Positions 37,384-46,363 of a DNA stretch of 64,000 nucleotides are shown piece after piece. The translations under genes and the position numbers were made by a program. The DNA is from a virus: the IMG/VR virus record IMGVR_UViG_3300045999_009829; one strand, written 5' to 3'. The notes under the pieces are model-generated. The model made no database searches and was not told the origin of the DNA. It was given only the letters and a program-made list of their open reading frames with translations. Position 1 is the stretch's first letter; each line of letters opens with the position of its first letter.

Positions 37384-39801
37384 ATGGCGGAGTCACCGGC
37401 AAGCAACAGACCACTGCCGTCGCCGGTGGCTCCTGCCTCCGATAGGCCTAGGGTCAGTACCAGAGCCGCAGCTGGTACTGACGCCTCCAAGTCAGCATTT
37501 CGTAGGTTTGGCTCTCTAGCCAGTACATTTGCAAAGAAGGTGGTAGTCGACGCAGCTCAGGCATACCGCGAGAGTAGACTTCAGACTATCAAGTCTAAGG
37601 AGATGGAAGTTGCGGCGGCAAATGTCCTGCGCATAAGTGAATCTGTGGAACTGCAGGACAGACAAAATGATATCCTAGCCAAGATCATTGCTGAGCTGAA
37701 AGGTCTTGATCTCAACCCTGACGGTGCAGGTGGAGAGTTGCCAGGTATCGGTGGTGGGCGTCCGAGACCTAGGCTTAGAGGTCGAAGAGGTAGGTTTGGC
37801 GCGCGTGGTCGCGAAAGACTGCGCCGCATGAGAGCTGCACAGAGAGTTCGTCGTGTGCAGGCAATAAGACAGCAAATCTCCAGACAGACACAAGCCGTCA
37901 GACAGGTTGTAAGAGAAACTGTAACTAGGGTAAGACCCCCAGTTCAGGCTAGACCCACTAGAATAGAGCCTACAATTCGAGCTCCAAGTCCTGCAGCAGC
38001 ACCTAGACCCATTTTGATTCCTTCGGTGACACCGAGTCCTCGAGCACCCGAAGCTTCTAGACTTAGCGCCCAACAGTTAAGAGCGCAAATAAGATCCAGG
38101 ATTCCAGCAGCTGCAAGAAGGGCGGCGGTTAGTTCCTTCAGGAGAATCATACCAGGACTTGCTATAGCTCTTGCAGCAATTCCTGTCTTGAATCGACTTA
38201 GAAACGGTGATTTTGTCGGTGCAGGCATAGAATTAGGAGCTGCTTTACTTGGCGCTATACCAGTTGTTGGTATCGCGGCTGGTGCAGCTGCAGCCACGGT
38301 GAACGAGTCACGAGAGATATACAGAGAACTCATCGGCGTATACCCGGAAAATGATCCCCATAACCCCGAAAGAGAAGAAATCTTCAGGGAAATAGTCATA
38401 CAGGTCGCTTCATATCTAAGTGAGGCTGCTGAAGAGCAAGCAAGAAGCAATAGGGAAAGAGTAGCTACAAGAGAGGCAGGACCTGCAGCTGGAGCTGCAG
38501 CTGAGTTTTATTCTGACCAGCCAGCGCCGTCACAGCTCGAAGTTCAAGCAGGCGGGGAAACGGACGCTGAAAGATCCGTAAGGGAAGCTCAGCGAGGTCA
38601 GGAAAGAAGGGTAGAGGAATCTAGACGCGAAACTGAAGAGATACAGAGACTCTGGCCAGAGATAACAGAGGCAACCAGAGACGTTACAGATCAGACCCTT
38701 CTTGAGAACTTACCCAGAGAATTGAGCGGCGGAGCTAGAATAGCGGAAAGAGAACTGTGGCTCAGAAGACAAAGGTATCAGCTTTACCTCGATAGGTCGA
38801 GAAGACAGAGTCCGGAAGCATCGGCACCGGTTCGAACAGAATTGACTCCTCCGCAGTCGGCGGAGACGGCACCTGATAGCGCTGCAAGACCATTGCCTGT
38901 TACGAGGCCTCCGACTAGTGGCACTACGCCAAGCGTATATGGAAACATTTCTAGAGTCGGCAGGGCTGTTTTTGGCGGTGTCACACCCAGAGCAACTACT
39001 ACACCATCAACCTCACCTATATCTCAAGTATCTGCATCGGCGCAGCGAACTGCAACGGTGCCTGTAACTCCGTCTATCAGTGGAGATGGCACCGGTGCGG
39101 GCGCATCAACTGGTACCATAACTGAGGTTGTGGAGAGGGGTCCTGGATTCAACGTGGTCAGGTACGATGACGGTAGGGTAGAGCGCAGAACCGGCGCTAG
39201 AAACTGGAGAAACAACAACCCGGGCAACATCGAGTTTGGTGACTTTGCTAGACGCCAGGGAGCCATCGGAACTGACGGTAGGTTTGCCATCTTCCCGACG
39301 TACGATGTGGGTAGAAGAGCAAAAGAAGCGCTGCTGTTTAAGGGCAGGAATTACAGCGGTCTGACCATAGCTCAAGCTATCACTAGGTATGCACCGCCGT
39401 CCGAAAACGACACTGCGATGTACATCAGAGTCGCGGCCGCGGCTGCAGGTGTAGCGCCTAGCACGATGATGAGGGACCTAAACTCTGGCCAGAGACAGGC
39501 GCTGCTTGCTGCAATGGAGAGGATCGAAGGATTCCGTGTGGGCAGTGTCCAGGTCATACAGCAGGGAACCGCAGTAGCCTCAGCTGAACAAGCGCCGCCT
39601 GGTCCTGGTCCCGCTCTAGCTGCAGAGGGCGCACAGATGGCGGCAGCAGACCAGGCGCAAGCACGAGGTCAGGGCCAGGAAGTTGTAGTGCAGATTCCGC
39701 CTGCATCCTTGCCGCAGAGGATTGTTGCCGGCGAGCAACAAGCATCTATTGATAGAGGTGAAGTGTCCTTAAATAGAAGACTAGAAAAGCAGGTGGCGTG
39801 A
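37384..39801 (+). CDS. Large tape-measure/baseplate hub-like protein with a C-terminal lysozyme-like domain
   Basis: Helical Ala/Arg-rich body; RNWRNNNPGNI, GRFAIF, ITRYAPPSENDT motifs. Confidence 0.6.
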   Translation: MAESPASNRPLPSPVAPASDRPRVSTRAAAGTDASKSAFRRFGSLASTFAKKVVVDAAQAYRESRLQTIKSKEMEVAAANVLRISESVELQDRQNDILAKIIAELKGLDLNPDGAGGELPGIGGGRPRPRLRGRRGRFGARGRERLRRMRAAQRVRRVQAIRQQISRQTQAVRQVVRETVTRVRPPVQARPTRIEPTIRAPSPAAAPRPILIPSVTPSPRAPEASRLSAQQLRAQIRSRIPAAARRAAVSSFRRIIPGLAIALAAIPVLNRLRNGDFVGAGIELGAALLGAIPVVGIAAGAAAATVNESREIYRELIGVYPENDPHNPEREEIFREIVIQVASYLSEAAEEQARSNRERVATREAGPAAGAAAEFYSDQPAPSQLEVQAGGETDAERSVREAQRGQERRVEESRRETEEIQRLWPEITEATRDVTDQTLLENLPRELSGGARIAERELWLRRQRYQLYLDRSRRQSPEASAPVRTELTPPQSAETAPDSAARPLPVTRPPTSGTTPSVYGNISRVGRAVFGGVTPRATTTPSTSPISQVSASAQRTATVPVTPSISGDGTGAGASTGTITEVVERGPGFNVVRYDDGRVERRTGARNWRNNNPGNIEFGDFARRQGAIGTDGRFAIFPTYDVGRRAKEALLFKGRNYSGLTIAQAITRYAPPSENDTAMYIRVAAAAAGVAPSTMMRDLNSGQRQALLAAMERIEGFRVGSVQVIQQGTAVASAEQAPPGPGPALAAEGAQMAAADQAQARGQGQEVVVQIPPASLPQRIVAGEQQASIDRGEVSLNRRLEKQVA

Positions 39802-42740
39802 TGTCAGACAAGTACCCGGATAGCGATGAGGGAGTTGCGCAAAAGCCTCTTCCCAGGCGCAACAGAAAGCCTTATGAGGAATATACACCTGAAGATGTCA
39901 AGCTGCGACTGGATGAAGCAAGGAAGGATCTGACGGATCCGAAGAGTCCTCTTGCAAAGTTACTTTCCGATCCCGATGATCTCGAGAAGCATCTGGAGAA
40001 GGTAGAGAGACTTCTCATATCGTCAATAGAGAGGGCCTTTATAAAGGTCGGCAAAAAGTTTGACAGAAAAAGGTTCGTCAAGAGAGTATCAACCCTTCAG
40101 GGTAAGAGCAGACCTGCAGTCTCTAGTGATACAACTCCCGTAGAGCAAGCAGCGCCCATAGAGCAAAAGGTCATACCAGAAAAGAAAGAGCAGCCCAAGG
40201 CTGGCGCAGGTAAAACAATGCCTGTTCCGGACAAGACGTCAAAGCCGAAAGAAATTGAAAAGGTAGTAGTCGTAGACAAGAAGGGTGACCTCTCCAGCGT
40301 AAAAGTCGGTAATCTAGTTTCACCTCAGAAACCTGCGGGTGAGGAAGAGGATGAGGAAGAGGATGATACAAAGTCGAGGAGTCTTCTCGGTCGTGTCGGT
40401 AGAGATATGTTCTCCACGGCATTTCCTACCCTCACTAAACTAACTAAGACAATCAAGGGTGAGAAGAAGGGTGAGACGACAAAGGATAAGATGAAGCGTC
40501 TGGGTGGAGACGTTTTTAGAACTGCGTTTCCCACACTTGCTAAGGTCATTGAATACGTCAATGATGAAAAGAAAAAGAAGAGTACAGAGGGTGTAAGGGA
40601 AGCGACTAGAAGCCGTAAGGCTTTGGACAAGACAATGTCCATGGCAGAAGCCTTAAATGCTCTGTCAACTGAACAGAGAAAGAGTGTCGATCTTTTAGAG
40701 GATCTTTTGGAAGCAGTCAAGGGACTTCGCGGTCGACAAAGAGTTGGCATGCTTGGTCGATTTGGCAGAATGCTTGGAAGAGCGGCAGGCCTTGCTAGAA
40801 GCGCGGCGCCAGTGCTGGCAGGAGCCGCTGTAGTCGGTGCGGCAGGTTACGCGTTAACACAAAATCAAGCTAGACGTGAATCTGAAACACAGCCGCCATC
40901 GCCTTCACCGGTGGGAAATACAAGAGTGGGGTCGAATGATGCACCGCCACCCATTGTTCAGCTATCAGAAGAGCAGAGGGAAATCTACAATCAGCTTGAA
41001 TCTGCAATTTCAAGTGGCGTCTTGACTAGAGAACAGGCCGATCGAATTACAATAGGTCTACACTATGGAACGATGACAGCTGAGCAGGCTAGGGAAGAAA
41101 TTGTTAATAACATTGCCATACCTCAAGCCAACAATGTACCAGCCGCTGGTACATCTGCAGTTCCGGCATTACCAGCACCACCAGCGCAAGTACCAGCAGT
41201 ACCAGGCCCTGTAGCCACAGAGGTACCAGCACCACCAGCGCCACCAATCCAAGTACCAGCAGTACCAGCACCACCAGCGCTACCAATCCAAGTACCAGCA
41301 GTACCAGCACCACCAATCCAAGTACCAGCAGTACCGGGACTAGTGCCACCAGCGGTGCAAGTACCAGCAGTACCAGCACCACCAATCCAAGTACCAGCAG
41401 TACCAGCACCACCAATCCAAGTACCAGCAGTACCGGGACTAGTGCCACCAGCGGTGCAAGCACCTGCAGCACCAGCAACACCAGTAGCTCCGACACAAGT
41501 ACCAGCAATTCCGAGTTCGGTAGCCACAGAGGCGCCAGCTTCAGCAACACCGGTGCAAGTACCTGCAGTGATTCCCAGTAACAATGCCGATCTTGTAACC
41601 AGAGCAGCCGCAGGTGGAATGCTTAAAGATAGTGATTTGGTCTCAGATTCTAAGTCTTCGGTGACGACAATAACAGCAGAATCTCTTATCAAGAATGCAC
41701 CAACTCCAGACAGGACAAGTCCATCTGGGATGGGGCTGATCACAAAAACCAAAGCTGTAACATTTAAGGGCGGTGAGATTGAATTTGTCGGATCAGCACC
41801 TAATCAGGTAGCAAAGTCGAATGTATCAACCATGCCTAGTATTGTTCCGTTTGGAGCCGCAGGTAGTGGTACTGTTACACCTGCACCCGCCCCTTCGGGC
41901 AGTGATTCATCTGAGGGAAGCGGCTCTCAGCAGCTCGCAAAAGAACAAGAAGGCGCTGCTGAAACCGGCAGTCTGACATTCGCGTCGGGTGTCGATCCCA
42001 GGATCAAGAAGGACATCGCTCAGAAGGTCCAGCAGATTGAGAGTGCATTCGGCAAGAAGCTCACGATCACCAGCGGCTTTAGAGATCCACATCGCAACGC
42101 CGCCGCGGGAGGTGCAAGGAACTCCTCTCATACAAGAGCCAGCGCGGTCGACATCAGGTTCCAGGGCAACGAGGAAGAGACAAACAAGCTAGTTGAAGCG
42201 GCCTCGGCTGCGGGTATCGGCGGCATCGGTGTCTACAGGCCTGGTTGGGTCCACCTCGACGTAGAGTCCAGGCGAGTCTGGGGACCTGACTTTTCCGCTA
42301 GATCGGTTCCCGAGTGGTCCAAGGATACACTCCAGGCTCACATGACGGGACAGATCCAGAAGTCACCAGCGGGTGAGACTGCAGCAGAGCCAGTGGCGAC
42401 TAGTCCAGCATCGCCATCCATGGCAGAAGCGCCTAGCTCTGGCGGTAGCGAGGGTGGCGGTCAGATGGAGACCGGCGGTGGATCTTCACCAGTTCCGGCG
42501 CCAAAAGCCTCAGGAAACGAGATGGGTGCTGCAGTTGCAGGGGCATCCCAGGAAAATGCAATGGCTGAGAGAACGCCAGTGCCGCCCACCGTCACGGCCG
42601 TACAATCAGAATCTCCAGGTCAGGCGACTCCAGGTGCGGCGGTGTCGGGCGGTCCTGCGCAGAATCCAAATGATCCCGGTAATGTCGAGCCGGATGATGC
42701 CGCAGAGAGATACGCCAAGCTGTTCAACATGGCGGCTTAA
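39798..42740 (+). CDS. Large virion-associated protein with a Pro-rich linker and a Peptidase M15-like domain
   Basis: ITSGFR...N...GGARNSSH...AVDI...GIGVY...WVHLD. Confidence 0.7.
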   Translation: MMSDKYPDSDEGVAQKPLPRRNRKPYEEYTPEDVKLRLDEARKDLTDPKSPLAKLLSDPDDLEKHLEKVERLLISSIERAFIKVGKKFDRKRFVKRVSTLQGKSRPAVSSDTTPVEQAAPIEQKVIPEKKEQPKAGAGKTMPVPDKTSKPKEIEKVVVVDKKGDLSSVKVGNLVSPQKPAGEEEDEEEDDTKSRSLLGRVGRDMFSTAFPTLTKLTKTIKGEKKGETTKDKMKRLGGDVFRTAFPTLAKVIEYVNDEKKKKSTEGVREATRSRKALDKTMSMAEALNALSTEQRKSVDLLEDLLEAVKGLRGRQRVGMLGRFGRMLGRAAGLARSAAPVLAGAAVVGAAGYALTQNQARRESETQPPSPSPVGNTRVGSNDAPPPIVQLSEEQREIYNQLESAISSGVLTREQADRITIGLHYGTMTAEQAREEIVNNIAIPQANNVPAAGTSAVPALPAPPAQVPAVPGPVATEVPAPPAPPIQVPAVPAPPALPIQVPAVPAPPIQVPAVPGLVPPAVQVPAVPAPPIQVPAVPAPPIQVPAVPGLVPPAVQAPAAPATPVAPTQVPAIPSSVATEAPASATPVQVPAVIPSNNADLVTRAAAGGMLKDSDLVSDSKSSVTTITAESLIKNAPTPDRTSPSGMGLITKTKAVTFKGGEIEFVGSAPNQVAKSNVSTMPSIVPFGAAGSGTVTPAPAPSGSDSSEGSGSQQLAKEQEGAAETGSLTFASGVDPRIKKDIAQKVQQIESAFGKKLTITSGFRDPHRNAAAGGARNSSHTRASAVDIRFQGNEEETNKLVEAASAAGIGGIGVYRPGWVHLDVESRRVWGPDFSARSVPEWSKDTLQAHMTGQIQKSPAGETAAEPVATSPASPSMAEAPSSGGSEGGGQMETGGGSSPVPAPKASGNEMGAAVAGASQENAMAERTPVPPTVTAVQSESPGQATPGAAVSGGPAQNPNDPGNVEPDDAAERYAKLFNMAA
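41135..41570 (+). repeat. Imperfect in-frame tandem repeats encoding QVPAVPAPPI / QVPAVPGLVPPAV
   Basis: caagtaccagcagtaccagcaccaccaatc recurs several times. Confidence 0.9.
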
Positions 42741-42747
42741 ACTAAGA

Positions 42748-42767
42748 GGGGGAGCCGAAGCTCCCCC
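42748..42767 (-). terminator. Intrinsic terminator hairpin between convergent genes
   Basis: Minus strand GGGGGAGC-TTCG-GCTCCCCC followed by TCTTAGTTT. Confidence 0.8.
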
Positions 42768-42773
42768 GTAGTG

Positions 42774-43709
42774 TCAATCTGCAAGTCGCTTGAAGAACGC
42801 CAAATCTTCGTCATCGTCGTCGACCGACTCAGTCTTGGCGGGAGCCGCCCTCGGAGCCTTGGGCTCCTGCCACGGCAGGTCGTCCTCGGTCGGAGAGGGC
42901 TTGCGAGCCGCTGCAGCCTGGCGGGCGGCCGCGGGCGCCACCGAGTCACCGGTCTCGTTCAGACCGAGTGCCCGATTGAGCTTGGCCTTGAGCTCGTCAT
43001 AGCTCTTGAAGTTTTCGGGAGCCAGGAACGGCTGCAGGAGGTGCTCAGACTTCCAAACAGACTCGAGCTTCTTGTCATCATCAAACAGAGGACCAGCGTC
43101 CGCAAACTCAGACTTGTCGTAGTTGCGGTAGCCCTCGACAGTGCGGATCTTGAGCTTGAAGTTAGCGCCCTCCCACATGTCGAACGGGTTCATCGGCTTC
43201 TCGTCCGCAAACTGAGGATTCATCGCCTCATTCAGCTTGTCGAAGATCTTCTTGCCGAACTTGAAGAGTTTGACCTTGCCGTTGTTCTCGGGATTGGCCT
43301 GGTCCTGCACGATGTAGATGTTGCAGATGTAGTTGAGCTTGCGCTTCTGTGCCCGGGCCTGCTTGCGACCAGGAGAGTTGTCGTCGGTCGACTCATTCCA
43401 GAGCTTGGAGTTGAGTTCACCGACCGGATCCTGCTTGCCGATGGTGGTCAGAGAGTTCTCGATGTACCAGACGCCGGTCGGGCCCTTGAAGCCGTGCTCA
43501 AACATCCGGACGAACGGAACGTCCTCATCACCAGGAGCGGGAAGGAAGCGAATGACAGCGTAGCCGTTGCCAGCCTTGTCGACCGCAGGATACCAGAAGC
43601 GGTCATCACCGCCCTTGGATTCAGACTGAGTGTTGAGCTTGGATAGCTCCTGCGTGAGCTTTTCGAGAGAGCTCTTGCCGCTGCGGTTCTTGAGTGCAGA
43701 AAAGTCCAT
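42774..43709 (-). CDS. gp32: Single-stranded DNA-binding protein gp32
   Basis: DDRFW, GNGYAVIRFLP, WYIENSLTT, KFGKKIFDK, NYDKSEF, acidic tail; start MDFSALK with a GGAG RBS. Confidence 0.95.
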   Translation of the reverse strand: MDFSALKNRSGKSSLEKLTQELSKLNTQSESKGGDDRFWYPAVDKAGNGYAVIRFLPAPGDEDVPFVRMFEHGFKGPTGVWYIENSLTTIGKQDPVGELNSKLWNESTDDNSPGRKQARAQKRKLNYICNIYIVQDQANPENNGKVKLFKFGKKIFDKLNEAMNPQFADEKPMNPFDMWEGANFKLKIRTVEGYRNYDKSEFADAGPLFDDDKKLESVWKSEHLLQPFLAPENFKSYDELKAKLNRALGLNETGDSVAPAAARQAAAARKPSPTEDDLPWQEPKAPRAAPAKTESVDDDDEDLAFFKRLAD

Positions 43710-43776
43710 GTGTATGTCTCCGTATGTTTGTATGTTCTGTTTGTGTGTATCGGGGTCTGTATTGGCGACCCAAATG

Positions 43777-43784
43777 TATTTATA
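43777..43784 (-). promoter_or_regulatory. Late promoter TATAAATA upstream of gene 32
   Basis: tatttata on the + strand. Confidence 0.7.
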
Positions 43785-43786
43785 CA

Positions 43787-44365
43787 TCACTCAGAGAAGA
43801 AGTCAACCAAAGTCTTCTTGATCTTCTCTCTGTCGTACCTGACGAACGGGGTGTACTTCCTGATGAAGAGTCCCATCTCGTCCCAAACTGGGTCAAACAC
43901 TAGCTCTTGATCCCAGTGCTTTAGGCAGCCAGTGAGGTCCGCTATGATGCAGACGGTCTCTGGCTGTACTTCCTCAGAGAATAGCAGTCTGAGGAGAGTC
44001 GGATGCTCGTTGTCCTTGACTATCAAGTTGGAATCGAAGGGTGCATCGAGTTTGGAAAGGTCTGACTTGAACGCGTAGGTCAGGGACTGCATGCGCTTGG
44101 TCCAGTCCAAGTAAGTCTGTTCGGCTTCTTCCGAGTACGCGATGTCACGAACCCAGAGCTTTGGATTCCTGACAAAGTTTGCCAGCATGAGTCCGTGTGG
44201 ATCCCTATGCTTGGCGATCTTCTGGAAGAACATGGCGTCCTTCCTCTTACTGAAGGACTCTGGGCTGGCGCCGCTCTTGCCGTTGTACTTGAAGTAGTCG
44301 TACTTGGGGTTGTTGAAATGGCTCTTCAGGGCAAGGTAGTTTCTATAGACCTCGAAGGGTGTCAC
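43787..44365 (-). CDS. gp59: Helicase loader gp59
   Basis: FEVYRNYLALKSHF, YDYFKYNGK, KYTPFV; GTG start overlaps the gp33 stop. Confidence 0.88.
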   Translation of the reverse strand: MTPFEVYRNYLALKSHFNNPKYDYFKYNGKSGASPESFSKRKDAMFFQKIAKHRDPHGLMLANFVRNPKLWVRDIAYSEEAEQTYLDWTKRMQSLTYAFKSDLSKLDAPFDSNLIVKDNEHPTLLRLLFSEEVQPETVCIIADLTGCLKHWDQELVFDPVWDEMGLFIRKYTPFVRYDREKIKKTLVDFFSE

Positions 44366-44586
44366 AGCGGCAACCGAGCAGTCTTCTTCAGGTAGTTGAG
44401 GCTCTCTGCGTCGAGCTGGATCTCGTGTAGGATGTTGGGATCCGTCTTGACTAGAGACGCCGCAAGCTCGACTTCGACCTTGTTGATGTCGCACCAGTGC
44501 ACCACCGCGTCGATGAAGTCCATATCAAAGTCCTTGATCATCTTATAGATGTCAGAGCGAAAGTTGCTGATCTTTTCCTGTAGCAT
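44362..44586 (-). CDS. gp33: Late transcription coactivator gp33
   Basis: FIDAVVHWC, EVE, AESLNYLK, terminal LPL; adjacent to gp59. Confidence 0.85.
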   Translation of the reverse strand: MLQEKISNFRSDIYKMIKDFDMDFIDAVVHWCDINKVEVELAASLVKTDPNILHEIQLDAESLNYLKKTARLPL

Positions 44587-44587
44587 G

Positions 44588-45268
44588 TCAATCCCAAAGG
44601 CTCTGGTAGTACTTGGCAAACAGACGCCGTCCATTCTCAATGCGCTTGTAGGCAGCATTCCTGCCTTCTAGGTCAATCTTGAATGTGTGATTTGGTCCCT
44701 CAACCAACTTGCTGTATCCTGTCCCCTCGACCTTTTCAAGGACAAGGTCCGTATCACCGGAATAGTATTGAGTTTCCCAGTCATCCGCAGCATGCTGCTC
44801 AAATGCCCAGATCATCTCGTCGAGGACCCAATTCCAGCGCTGTTCCCAAAGATCATCGGTGTGTCCGGTATTCTTCTCCTCCTCAGTCAGAGGTGTGGCA
44901 GCAGTGGCACGAAGACGCTCAGGAACATCCTCATCGTCGACAAATGGGGAACCTTGCTTCTGCTCCTTGAGCTTCTTCAGAACAGGAACAATGATCAGTG
45001 CAAGAGTGTGTTCTGCGTTCCAAACATCGTAACCGTCAATGTGAACGTTGATCCTCCGCTTCTGCCTCTCATAGTTCCACTCGCAAAATCTACTGAGACC
45101 TGGGATTTTGCAAAGCAGATCTGCAAGCTTGTGGATTGCGATAGAGTCTGGATGGTTCTCAAGGGGGTTGTCTTTGTTGATTGCATACCTGTTCTTCCAA
45201 AATAGGATCTTTTCAGCAATCTGGACAGTTCCGACCCACTCTGTGTATGGTCCGATGTAGACCTTCAT
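44588..45268 (-). CDS. Conserved hypothetical phage protein
   Basis: MKVYIGPY, DVWNAEHTLA, WVLDEMIWAF, FAKYYQSLWD. Confidence 0.75.
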   Translation of the reverse strand: MKVYIGPYTEWVGTVQIAEKILFWKNRYAINKDNPLENHPDSIAIHKLADLLCKIPGLSRFCEWNYERQKRRINVHIDGYDVWNAEHTLALIIVPVLKKLKEQKQGSPFVDDEDVPERLRATAATPLTEEEKNTGHTDDLWEQRWNWVLDEMIWAFEQHAADDWETQYYSGDTDLVLEKVEGTGYSKLVEGPNHTFKIDLEGRNAAYKRIENGRRLFAKYYQSLWD

Positions 45269-45444
45269 CGCGTCACCTCAATCATGCAGAATGTGGTGGA
45301 CACCTCGGCGCCGAGAGCCGTAAGTGTGGATTCAACCGCAAGTGCATCGGTCACACACTGCTGCACGTTTGGGGTCTCCAGACGGACGGTCTTGATCTCT
45401 CCATTGAGAATAAAGACTGCCACTACAAACATAGCCAAGTTCAT
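45265..45444 (-). CDS. Small hypothetical protein
   Basis: AAGGA RBS; hydrophobic N-terminus, two Cys. Confidence 0.5.
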   Translation of the reverse strand: MNLAMFVVAVFILNGEIKTVRLETPNVQQCVTDALAVESTLTALGAEVSTTFCMIEVTR

Positions 45445-45465
45445 GATATATTCCTTCACGCATTT

Positions 45466-45541
45466 TGGTGGGCCCGGCAGGACTTGAACCCGCAACCAAA
45501 CCGTTATGAGCGGTCCGCTCTGACCATTGAGCTACAGGCCC
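45466..45541 (-). tRNA. tRNA with CAT anticodon, probably Ile2 (lysidine type)
   Basis: GGGCCTGTAGCTCAATGGTCAGAGC...CTCATAA...GGTTCAAGTCC...CCCACCA; full cloverleaf with encoded CCA. Confidence 0.85.
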
Positions 45542-45822
45542 TATTCGTCATCACCCTCATGCATTATGGCATGGGTGGCTTCTAAGTCAATCCTACAGAT
45601 GGTAAAGAAGAGTGCTGCAAAAAATGCAACAACGGCCGTAGAGGCAACATCAAAGAAAAACCAGGTCACAAGGACCACCGCAATGCCGTTGTAGACCGTC
45701 ATGAGGACCCTGCTTACAAACTCTTCAAAGTCTTCGTTGTAAGCCGCTAATGAAGCTACCGTGAACAGAGCGCAGTGATGCGCTACATATCCAAGGGCCA
45801 GGTAGAGAAATAAAAGCCACAT
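45541..45822 (-). CDS. Small membrane protein
   Basis: Three hydrophobic segments, GGAG RBS. Confidence 0.6.
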   Translation of the reverse strand: MWLLFLYLALGYVAHHCALFTVASLAAYNEDFEEFVSRVLMTVYNGIAVVLVTWFFFDVASTAVVAFFAALFFTICRIDLEATHAIMHEGDDE

Positions 45823-45844
45823 GGCCTAAGCTCCGTGAGAAATT

Positions 45845-45918
45845 TGGCGAAGGTGCCCAGATTCGAACTGGGACTAGCGGTTTTGGAGACCGCCGTGCTA
45901 CCGTTACACCACACCGAC
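45845..45918 (-). tRNA. tRNA-Trp(CCA)
   Basis: GCGGT-CTCCAAA-ACCGC anticodon arm, TTCGAAT T-loop, CCA end; two acceptor-stem mismatches. Confidence 0.8.
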
Positions 45919-45980
45919 ACAGCAAGAGGCTCCGTTTGGTATCTTTCGATACGACTGCCGAGGTGTTCCTCTTGCTAACT

Positions 45981-46056
45981 TGGCGGTCCCGGAGGGATTC
46001 GAACCCCCACCTTACAGCTTAGAAGGCTGTTGCCCTATCCATTGGACCACGGGACC
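45981..46056 (-). tRNA. tRNA-Arg(TCT)
   Basis: GGTCCCG acceptor, ACAGC-CTTCTAA-GCTGT arm, GGTTCGAATCC, CCA end. Confidence 0.9.
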
Positions 46057-46064
46057 ATAAGTTG

Positions 46065-46092
46065 ACTATATAACCTTTCTGGCTCAAGTCAA
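46065..46092 (-). promoter_or_regulatory. Sigma70-type promoter for the tRNA cluster
   Basis: TTGACT-16 nt-TATAGT directly upstream of tRNA-Arg, flanked by a 10-bp inverted repeat. Confidence 0.55.
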
Positions 46093-46362
46093 CTTAAAAC
46101 ACTGCATGGCTACAAGCGGATCGGTGGTTGGGCGTTGCACCATGGCATAGCGCTCGACTGAGCCGTCCAGTCCCTTGGTGACGTAGACCATAGCGGACTG
46201 GCTACTGCCGTCGTGTGTCTTTACGGTTCGCTTGTAGCCGTATGGGGCATCGAGTCGGTCGTAGGTCCGCCCGTACTTTGTCTCAGTGATGTGCTTGGCG
46301 ATCACGACTCGGCGGCCGTCAATGATCGTGTACTCTGGCTGGACGTATTCGCGGTTGATCAT
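46084..46362 (-). CDS. Hypothetical protein
   Basis: 92 aa ORF directly following the 386 aa gene. Confidence 0.6.
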   Translation of the reverse strand: MINREYVQPEYTIIDGRRVVIAKHITETKYGRTYDRLDAPYGYKRTVKTHDGSSQSAMVYVTKGLDGSVERYAMVQRPTTDPLVAMQCFKLT

Positions 46363-46363
46363 G

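Noticed and set aside
41104-41752. Leu/Val-rich and Gly-rich minus-strand ORFs
   Set aside because: Reverse-frame readings of the Pro-rich repeat.
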